Shown piece after piece: positions 1 to 9,227 of a stretch of DNA of 64,000 nucleotides. How positions within the stretch are numbered: the stretch's first letter is position 1; each line of letters starts with the position of its first letter. Under the pieces are notes generated by a model. It was not told the origin of the DNA. It searched no databases and saw nothing but the letters and a program-made list of their open reading frames with translations. Source of the stretch: the human T2T-CHM13v2.0 reference genome, Homo sapiens; NCBI RefSeq assembly GCF_009914755.1, contig NC_060934.1. The stretch is one strand, 5' to 3'. The translations under genes and the position numbers were made by a program.

Positions 1-621
1 TGGATTTACTAGCCTAAGAGCTGACAGTCCAGTGGGAGAGAGATGTACTTTTTTTTCCCGGCCAAGAAGGTAGGATGAGAAGACCACTGACTTGACTGCT
101 ATCACCTGGCCAGAACCAGAGCCACACAGAGACATGTCATCATCAAGGTTCTGCTGGTGGAAAGGAAGAGAAACCCATTCAAACTAACTTAAGCCAAAAA
201 TGGAGGCCTTTTCTAAGGACTTGGGGGTTTCTTATGCAACCCAAGGGAAGGAAGTGCTGCTGAGCCCCCAGAACCAGAAAGACATCAGGTACTAGGGTGG
301 CCCCTCTCTCCACCTTCCCCTGGCCCAGGCTGGCATGTCTCTTGCCCTTGCTTCTCTCTGGGGTTCTGCGACAAATTTGGCAGAAGTTGGTCACTCCATT
401 GCATCCAGGATGATTCTAGTTTGAGAGCCTAATGATAGTCAATACATCCTAATTCCAAATTCCTGGGAGTGAAAATATAATTGATTCAGCTTGAGTTTCT
501 GTAAACTCTTGATCCAATTCACTGCAGTCAGGATGGCTCAGCAGTGTAGATTGGCTCTGGTGGCTAGAAGGGATTGGTGTGACCTGAGAAGAAATCCCCA
601 AAGCTATGATACCTTGAAGAA

Positions 622-1106
622 TGTTGCAGAGACTGCTAGTTGTTCCCTGGTATCTCTTTTCCCTTCTTTGATAGCAATAGAACCCTTTGACTTTTAGCTA
701 AATACATGGTCTCCCAAAATGATGACTGTATTTCCTAGCTCTCCTTGCAGTTAGGTAAGGCCCTGTGCCTTAGCCCTGGCTAATGGATTCACACATAAGT
801 GGTAGGTACTACTTCTAGAGAGGGGTCCTTATGAGAGGGATCATACCGCCTCCCTCCCTTTGCTAGAATGTGAACACAGTATAGAGAGAGGAAGCAGCCA
901 TCCTGAACCATGCAATGGAAGCCTTGAGTGGGGCATGGCAGAGCAAAAATACTGACAGAGTCTGAGATCCTGTGGATTGTGGGCCACTATTTCAGCCCTA
1001 AACTGCTCAAGCAGACTTCCCTGTGACCGAAAAATAAATGTCTGTCTTGTTTATGCCATTGTTATTTTGGGTTTTCTATTATTCTCAGCCAAACAAATCC
1101 TTTATA
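622..1106 (+). mobile_element. MLT1J-like solo LTR (ERVL-MaLR)
   Basis: Starts TGTTGCAGAGACTGCTAGTTG; contains TATTTCCTAGCTCTCCTTGCAGTTAGG and AATAAA...CTTGTTTATGCCATTGTTATTTTGGGTTTTCT...CAGCC; matches remembered MLT1J consensus. Confidence 0.7.
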
Positions 1107-1181
1107 CTAGGGGACATATGGAGAAGCAAACCTGGGGATACTCTCTCCTTTACCATTTTATGGCTATAGTGCATGGCTATA

Positions 1182-1222
1182 GTACACACATGCACGTGTG
1201 CATGTGTGCATATACACATACA
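1182..1222. repeat. 41-nt alternating purine/pyrimidine tract with 11-bp inverted repeat
   Basis: GTACACACATGCACGTGTGCATGTGTGCATATACACATACA; arms 1185-1195 and 1198-1208 are exact reverse complements. Confidence 0.85.
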
Positions 1223-1309
1223 AACACACCAGACACCATACAGCAAGGATGGAGGGAACATTTCTTTCACCTGCATGGCCCCTAAGCTACATCTTCTGTC
1301 TTACCTTTG

Positions 1310-1830
1310 CAATAAGGCCTATGGCTTTTGCATCTTCCTCCTTGTGGGTATTTGAAGGTCATTGAGATATTCAAGGGGAGATATTCAGGATTTCTGAGGG
1401 GGTGGTATTTCCTGCTAATGGACAGATTCTTTCTCCTGCTAATGACAGAAGAGCTTCTGGAGAGCATCGGGACCCTTTGTTCTTTGTTTTCAAGGAGACA
1501 AGTTATTATTTCTTTCCTCTGAAGAAGCTTCTCCTACCATGGGTGAAATATCACAAATAATTAGGCCAAATAGCAATGCAAGTCCCACTAGAAATAATGC
1601 ATCCATTATTTCATTTTATCCTTGTCGTTAGAGCTTCTGCCTGATTTAAGTTGGTATAAAGATAGCTGTGGGTATTCCCTGCCTGAGAACTCTAATCATT
1701 CTCTTTATTGAATATTTACCATTTCTTATTTGATTCTTCTTCTCTTGATCCATTGTTTCACAATTTAAAAGTTCTGCTGCTATTTTGATCTCATATAAAA
1801 TCTCTATAGTGCCACTAATGCCTTGTTGCT
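1310..1830 (-). mobile_element. Degraded old LINE-1 ORF1 (L1M/HAL1-like) relic
   Basis: Minus-strand translation gives LYEIKIAAELLN...SIKRMIRVL...LFVIFHPW*EKLLQRKE...SRRK...LRNPEYLP...MTFKYPQG, colinear with L1 ORF1 motifs (EIKN..AE, SNIRIIGV, IIVKF...EKIL, ARRQW...LSFKYEG). Confidence 0.5.
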
Positions 1831-2249
1831 GGGCTTCCCTTAAGTCTTGGGGAGGCATCTGACAGCCAGATTGAAAGGCTCATGTGTTGTGGTGACTGGG
1901 TGCTTTTAATGGTGTTAATGAAGAAGTGGCTCCCTACAGAGTCACCCAGTGGTCTGAGTGAGTTAAACAAGCTACTTAGATACCCGGGACAGAGGACAAG
2001 CAGGAGGACCATAAAGACCAGTGTCAACCAATATTTGTATTTGCTGATGAGCTGAATGAAGTGCACATGATTTTTAAGATAAATATTCTGTTACCATTAG
2101 AGACAAGATGATGATTAAATTCTGGAGAAGGAAATAGCATCAAAGGTATACAAGATCTAGCCTTGGTTTATGCTTCAATTCTAAACTTTGAGTTGTTGCT
2201 TCTAAGTAAATCGTCGTGATGATTTAGGAGACCTTTATCAACCCATACA

Positions 2250-2520
2250 GGAGTGTTACATGAGTCCCCACTATGTGCCAGATGTCATGAATCACATAGA
2301 AATATAAGATGCATTTCCTGCCTCTGGAGGCCCCCTATTCCAGTCTCAATAAAGAAGCAATATAATAAGGACATATCAGCTGTGTTTATAAATAGTGAGA
2401 CTAACTCCACAAACCAAGACATCAATTACCTATGTTGGGAAGCCAGTTTAAAGTGATGTGAGAGAGTGGAGACGAGGAGCATGGTCAAGAACTTCTTAGA
2501 GGTGTTAGATCTCATACAAA
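2250..2520 (-). mobile_element. L2 fragment (degraded)
   Basis: CCCACTATGTGCCAGA...TTCCTGCCTCTGGAGG resembles the antisense L2 3' end. Confidence 0.35.
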
Positions 2521-2590
2521 ATCATCTGGGTAAATTCCAAGTGAGTATAATAAGTGAGATAATTAATATGATATGCTATGATACAATAAG

Positions 2591-2800
2591 ATGGGGTAGT
2601 GGTCTGGAGTCAGAAATACCAGGGATCCAATTGCAGCTTCTCTGCACATTAGCTATGCCTATGACCTTGACCAAGTTACTGCTCTTCTGAGCCCCAGTAT
2701 CTTCATACGAAATAGGATAATAATAACAGTAGAACCTACATCACAGGATTTTGTGAGGATTAAATGAGATTATACACATATAGGGCTTGACTTATAGTAA
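2591..2800 (+). mobile_element. MIR SINE
   Basis: TGGAGTCAGA...TGACCTTGACCAAGTTACT...CTGAGCCCCAGT...GTGAGGATTAAATGAG core. Confidence 0.8.
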
Positions 2801-2875
2801 TGCCATTGGATCATAGCTTTGTTCTACAACAATGTCAGTAAGAGTAAGCCTAAAGCTAAAGGTTGTAACAAATGT

Positions 2876-3485
2876 TCATTTGATTAATCAACAATTCACT
2901 CAATTGCTACTTATTGAGTATCTACTTTGGGCCATGTTCTGGGGATGTAATGATGAGTCATAAAGGATGAGGGCTCTGCTCTCACTAAGCTTACAGCATG
3001 AACGGAGAGACATACATCAGTGAACAATGGCACTATTGCATCCATGAGAATTAATGGAGAGAAATACTTCAAAGAAAAGAACTACAGTTTAGTGACAGCT
3101 GACCAAAATGGAGGGTCTAGAGAAGGCTTCCCAGGAGAAGTGAGGATTGAGATGAAGTCTGAAGAAGGAGTGCGAGTTTCTAAGAGCAGAGGACGGGAGA
3201 GTACCAGTTGCAAAGACAGACAGAGAGAAGAGGAGGTGCCAAAGGAAGGTGCGGTCAAGAGATGGGGAGGGAGCAAAGGAGAATCAAAGCTGGGGATGGA
3301 GGAGGGGTGTCCAAGGAGTAGTCAAGGCCAGAGATCAACAGAGCAAGAGTTGAAGCTAGGGTTGGGGGTGGCGGGGAGGAGATGCACAAATCATGTGGGT
3401 CCTGGAACCCATGTTAGGGAGGTTGGTCTTTACCCTTGCAGTAGGAAGTGACACATCTGAATTGAGCTTCAAGAAGATCATCTGA
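2876..3485 (-). mobile_element. L2 LINE 3' fragment
   Basis: TTATTGAGTATCTACT...CTGGGGAT...GAAGGCTTCCCAGGAGAAGTGA...GGTCTTTACCCT; typical antisense L2. Confidence 0.75.
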
Positions 3486-3514
3486 AGGCATCCCTCAAAG
3501 GACGTCCCATCTCC

Positions 3515-3690
3515 TCCGCATAGCATATCATCCGAATAACTTAGTTGGAAGCAAATTACACTGAATTATGTGAAAGCTGCCTCCCTTGCTTATGTCTTGT
3601 GTTCCCACAGAGAACACAAACTCTCCAGGGGACAGAAACATGGCTCCGTGTGACTTGTACAGAATCCTGACAACACTAGGTGCTTAGATT
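3515..3690 (+). mobile_element. L2 3' fragment
   Basis: TTGCTTATGTCTTG...CTCCAGGGGACAG...ACTAGGTGCTTA. Confidence 0.45.
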
Positions 3691-3694
3691 GGCT

Positions 3695-4390
3695 ACGTGC
3701 CCAAGTGTAAGACAAGCCTGAATATAAGGCAATGTCTCGTTTTCCAAAGAGAAAGCCAACTGGAATATATAAGCTTTTATAAAATAGTAAAATCCCTACT
3801 TTAATACTAAATGCATCGATTTATTTGCATATAGCACATATTATATAAAATAATATAAACATTTAGAAATAGAGATTCCCTAATCTTAAAAAAAAGTTTA
3901 GGTCATGAAATAATTATATTCACACTCTTCCCGGGCACCTTGGTCATTTGCCTTCGTTGTCACCGAAACCATTTTTGAATCATAACTCAGTTCTCCATCC
4001 CACATCATCTTCACTTCTAAATTGTTCAAGACACAGCACTTTGAATGATGTAAGATGCTGTCACTGAGAATTTTATTTGTGGCCCCAAGAGATTTTTTCT
4101 GTTTGTCCTATGGGTGGATATTTATGAACTCCACAAGGTCACCATTTATAATATGCTTTTTTAAGAAAGGCAAAGTTTAAAAGACTTGTTTAAAATACTT
4201 CCCATGTATTTAATGATGAAGTCATATCCTCAGAAATAACAACCGAATCTGCATGAAATATTTTGCCTCTTTTTTCCCCCCTGATATTATCAGATGATGT
4301 CTGTAAGTTTCCCCAACTTATTTCCCCCAACAACTATCATCCATTGAGATCTCTCTGGACTAATGTCGTTCCCCAAACACTTCCTTGGTG
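3695..4390 (-). mobile_element. TcMar (pogo/Tc2, Kanga-like) DNA transposon fossil with DDE transposase remnants
   Basis: Minus-strand frames read ADSVVISEDMTSSLNTWEV / LNKSFK / KKAYYKW*PCGVHKYPPIGQ / ILSDSILHHSKCCVLNNL / SEDDVGW, in the order of the pogo/Tc2 DDE C-terminal half; the left end has Tc2-like GTAAGAC...GAATATAAGGC subterminal motifs. Confidence 0.65.
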
Positions 4391-4637
4391 CTCAGAATAA
4401 AGTAATTGAGAAAGCATCAGGAGCGAGAAACTTTGTAAAAACTTATATACTATAGAACAGCTTTTGGGGAAAAACTTTGCCTTACAATCAAACTTATATA
4501 GCAAGTGTTTATCAAATGAATATATTTGCTTACTTCCCCTTTGATCATGACTTAAGGGACACCACAGGATGACATGGAGACTTTTGCTGGGAGAAATATT
4601 GTGTAACTTTTAAGAATCTATTTTATTTACCTTAAGC

Positions 4638-4855
4638 CAGTGGTTCTCAAAGGAGGGTAATTTTTGTCTCCCAGGAAACATTTGGCAGTGTCTGGAGGCA
4701 TTTTTATTCATCACAACTAGGAGAAGGAATGCCTTTGGTATCTAATGGGTGGAAGCCAGGGATGTTGCTAAACATCCTATAATGCACAGGGAAGCCCCCC
4801 AACAACAAACTTATCAGGTCCTCAATGTGAATAGTGGCAAGATTGAGAACTCCTG
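4638..4855. mobile_element. MER20 (hAT-Charlie MITE)
   Basis: CAGTGGTTCTCAA...CATTTGGCAGTGTCTGGAG...GGATGTTGCTAAACATCCTATAATGCACAGG...TTGAGAACTCCTG. Confidence 0.9.
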
Positions 4856-5299
4856 GCCTAAAGTGAGTCAAAGACAATTGGCTTGAACTGAGTCAAGAGC
4901 AACGGTGGCACACCAGGGCTTTTCTACCTCCCGACATCCCTCATGAGATGAGAAGGTAGTCTCAAAGTCCTGAGTTTTTCCCTCTTCCTTGAGGCTGAGT
5001 TATTGAAAACAATCCTTCTGCTCTGCCATCCACTTTTCCTCCGCCTCTCATCCCAAGCCCCAAGTCCCTCTGTATACAGATGAATGGATGAATGAATAGC
5101 TGAATGAATGAATTCCATATGAAGGATGCCAGTGTACCCAGTCTGGCTTTGTTTGCTCAGAGAGCGTTGGTTCTCAAGGGGTAAGAGTAGCTCTTGGTCC
5201 TTACCAGGTGCTTCCTAGATCTTCTGAGACAGAGCCATAAGATTCAGATGGTTCTAGAAGTGGAGCAAGTGTCAAAATGAAGCATGTTGGATTAAATTG

Positions 5300-5520
5300 A
5301 GTTGGTAAGAGCATAAGCCCTGGAGCCAGGGGGGCAAATCTTTTCTTTCACTCAGTAGCTGGGTATCCATGGGCAAGGTCCGACGTCTCTTCATTTGTAA
5401 GATGAAGAAGATAATGGTACCTACCCCACATGGGTGGTGTGAGCACTTCTTGAGATTATGTAAGTAAAGTGTTTGAAACAGGCCTGGCATGTGACGAGTA
5501 CTTATTAGTGTCCACCATTA
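5300..5520 (+). mobile_element. MIR SINE
   Basis: TAAGAGCATAAGCCCTGGAGCCAG...CTTCATTTGTAAGATG...GCCTGGCATG. Confidence 0.75.
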
Positions 5521-5526
5521 GAATCA

Positions 5527-5650
5527 CAGTGTTAAGCTTTTGGAGGTCATGGACCACTTTGAGAAGGTAATCAAAGCTGAACCTCTCCCCCTAAAATAGA
5601 TGTGCATATGTACACAAAGTTGAGAAATCAACTTTTGTGAACCTCTACTA
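5527..5650. mobile_element. Charlie4z-like hAT fragment
   Basis: GGTCATGGACCACTTTGAGAA...AAAGCTGAACCTCTCCCC...TGCATATGTACACAAA. Confidence 0.55.
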
Positions 5651-5809
5651 TGAAAGATCACCACAGAATTCACAATACTCTTGGGACTTTCTGGTGTATT
5701 CCAATTAATGGGATTCTCCTTTCTCTGAAATTCTTCACAGCAAACTGACAATGCCACACAAGATAGTCTCCAACTTTATTCTATCTCATGTTGCTCATGA
5801 ATAGTTTAT

Positions 5810-5912
5810 ACTTACAGTTTGTGTGTTGGTCTTCACAATCAGACCATAAATTCCTTGGAGACCAGGACTGGATGTGATGCTTCACCATCCTTTATAGTAA
5901 TGGGACAGTGTA
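5810..5912 (+). mobile_element. L2 3' fragment
   Basis: AGACCATAAATTCCTTGGAGACCAGGACTG...CTTCACCA. Confidence 0.45.
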
Positions 5913-5920
5913 TGGGTCTA

Positions 5921-6051
5921 TGGTTCTAGGTCAAGCTGGCTACATTAGTTTCACCTGGGGAAGATTTCTGGGTCTCACTGCTGGAAGTACCTGGGAATGT
6001 ATTTCTTAAAGTTCCCTAGTTTGTGGTGTTCTCAGCCAGTTTGGAGAACCC
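5921..6051. mobile_element. MER5A/B-like hAT MITE
   Basis: GGCTACATTAG..TCACCTGGGGA...CTGGGAATGTATTT...CAGCCAGTTTGGAGAACC. Confidence 0.55.
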
Positions 6052-6111
6052 TTTTTGTTGCAGCGAGTAATCACAAGGAAATTTCTAGTTGATTATGGAG
6101 ACAATAGCATA

Positions 6112-6320
6112 TCCCACTAGATACCAGGTGCTGTGTCTGGTGCTTTCCAAGTATAGATTCCTGAAAGCTTAACAGCCCATTGAAGTATGTAGACAGTATC
6201 ATCCTAGTTTTAGCATATGAAGAAACTGAGGCACAGAGAGGTTGAGTAACTGGAAGTAACAGAGCTGATGGAGTTCAACTTCTCTGACTCCAGTGCTCAT
6301 GCCCTGAAGCCACCCACGCT
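6112..6320 (-). mobile_element. MIR SINE
   Basis: ATGAAGAAACTGAGGCACAGAGAGGTTGAGTAACT...TCTGACTCCAG. Confidence 0.8.
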
Positions 6321-9191
6321 GCCTCCATACTGGCGGATTATGAGATAATGCATTGCCTGGTCAATAACTCTCCTATTCACTGGGGTGGTTGCATTGTGAA
6401 ATACACCCCATGTCTTGGGATCCCTCGAAATCTTTGGTCATTAAGGGGTTTGAATTTCTCTGTTCAAAGATTTGCCTGACTGCAGGCCTTAAGGTACAAT
6501 GTGAACAGAAAAGGTGAGAGCACTTGGGGGAAGGATCATGATCACAGAGTCAACCTCCTCTGACAGGTGAGCCAAGGAGACCACCCACAAATCCCTTTGC
6601 AGGGATCACTTTACTATTTTGCTATTTCGGTTGCTGTTAACTGACAATCAAGCAAAGGCTGCTCAGCCAATGCTTCGAACTGGCTGGGAGATAGTCAAAT
6701 AGTCATTTTAAGCACGTTATTCTAGACCTCTCAGAGTCCCAAGAAACCTATCCTGATGCCATAAGAAAATATGTAGTCCTGTATACTTTGTCCCTCCCCT
6801 CCTCGTAGTGATAAATACACAACCTGCAGCAGTGAAAGTTGGAATGCTTCCCTCCACGTGGAGCTGCATCAGCTGCAGGTGGGGCTGGTGCCTGATCCCA
6901 AGCTGGCTTGTGTTAGCCTGTGGCCATGTCCTCGCCCATGACTATGAACCGTAGGGGAGTGGGGGGCTGGATCAGTCATTGGTCTTCAGTTCACCCCCTT
7001 TTCATTTTAACGTCTGTCTCAGACCATTTGAACACATGTTTAGGAAAAATTGCCTCTCCCTTTCCAAACTGATCCTGATGGATACTGATGTTTTTATGAT
7101 TATTAATAAAATCTTCAAGACAGAATTTTATGGGCACACAGAGACTCTAAAAAGTCATTCTTTGACTTGAAAAATTGTATATGGTAAGGATGCTGGAGGA
7201 AATTTTTAATAAGAATGTTCAAGTGGAAAGTCAGGGTGCAAAAGACAGAATTGTAAGAATCTGCTGCGGTTCCTTTCACCATTGAATTTGCTTCCTGCAA
7301 AGGCCTTCACGGTATGTGTTTCCTCAAGATAGCACACCCCCAGGAAGTGTCTTCGATGTGAGTAATGGTTTCAGTTTCGGTGGGCAGCCAGAAGTCTCTT
7401 TGGGAAAATATGTCGTTAAATATTCTTTGGTTTGTTTTTTATGATCGGCTTTGCTTTCTGCCCCCTTCCTCTGTCCTTCCCTCCCTTACTTCAATTCTGT
7501 CAACATCCTCTTTGAAGTTTCATGGATCTGTTCACCGAAATTGGGTAAAATCAAAGAGACTTAAAAAGAAACCCCAATTCCTTTTTAACCTCCAAGTGAG
7601 AATGGGTTGAAAAATGAGACACACTCGAGGGGCATGATGAGTTAAACACTGATGTGTCTCATCCTCAGAGAACAGGAAGGGCAGATCACCCGACATCTGG
7701 TTAGAAGTCAGCTTCATAATTCATGCAGATATTGTGAAGAAAATTCCTCAGTGAAGCCTGGAAAAATTTAGCTTTGCTCAATGCAAGGGAATAAATCAGC
7801 ATTGTTTCCGCGTGCAGCCCTTGTTTTAGAAAGCAAGGGTAGCTGTAAGCAATACTGAGTCCCACCTGTGAATGTCCTCTTTCTCTGCCACCCCTACCTC
7901 CTCCACCTTCTCCTTTCCTCCTAGTTTTGGGAGTCCTGTAAAATCCTGTATTTACACTGGGATACTGGAAAACTTGGTCATTACCAGCACATAATGACAG
8001 GTTGGTTAATTAATGGTGTGCATTCAAAAATGGGAGTAGGACAAACAAGACAGCTAATTTTGATAATGAACAGATTCGAAGCAACCAGATGACAGTGTTC
8101 TCTGTATATAGTTCCACACCAGCCATGTTTTTGTTTGGATTCTGTGTTAATTTTAGAAACTGTAAAACACAACATGCCAAATTGGTTGATTGAAATAGTG
8201 CTACTTCCCAGAGGCTAACAATCTGTTGTCTCTTGCAAGAGGCAAGAGGTTGCAGCATAAGTGCTTACTTGGTTATAGGCAAGAGCCTCCACGCAAACCG
8301 GGGAATTGAGACAGTTGTCCAGGAAATTCAGTGCCTCAGTTAACTGGCTGCTTTGAGTATTTTGATTCTGCTTGATGCCTGTCTGCGTATTCCTTCATTC
8401 ATTTGTTTATGCTGCCATTCATTACATATTGGTTCAACTCTCTTTGCCAGTATAGACCCAGATTATATTTTGATCGGGAACATTGTCTTTTTAGTCAAAG
8501 TTACAAAGAGTATTTTCCCTAAAGACCAGTCAAGGAAGCTGGCCATTTCAAGTAATCTACAAATATTTATTCCTGAAGGAATACTAACTTTTTAGGGACC
8601 TTTTAAACCCAACAAAATCTAGTTGCTGGGTTTAAAATGAATAGAAGGAAGGACGGAAGGAAAGAGAGAAGGAAGGAAAGAAGGGAGATGGATTGGTTTG
8701 TGATTTTTAATTCAGACAAACTTTGAAGAAACACCCTTTCTTTAAATAATAAATACTGGCTGCTAATTTGTTGAATTTTAAATAATATGATAAAATGGTA
8801 CTTAAGGAAGCTATACACAACAAAGATAAACATTTTTGCTCTCATGGGATCTCTATTTAAAAGTAGAAAAGATTGTTTTAACAGAGCGTCATATAATAGC
8901 AAATATGGTAGCTGGCTTATTAGAAAGTCATAAATGTTTATGTTTGACTCACATTTTGTAAAATGTTGTCACTGAGCGTGGTTATATATGGCAGTTTCTT
9001 GTAGTCCGTCTCACTAAAATTAACTGTTCACTAGTAAAAGGTTCACAATACTGGGTATAACTTAATGAGAATTAAAACAAGCTCCTCTTTTCAGCAGAGC
9101 TTTTGCTTGAGAGAAAAGTCCCCCCAGAATATCAGGGAGATACTTCAGATAAACATTCAGAATCACCTCCTGGCTAAGCATGTGAGCCAGG

Positions 9192-9227
9192 AAAAAAAGA
9201 AAAAAAAAAAAAAAAAAAAAGAAAAAA
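9192..9227 (+). repeat. A-rich mononucleotide tract (36 nt, two G interruptions), not attached to an Alu
   Basis: Directly visible. Confidence 0.9.

Noticed and set aside
3020-3451. 143-aa ORF (+)
   Set aside because: Lies within an antisense L2 fragment; purine-rich composition explains the lack of stops; no recognisable domain
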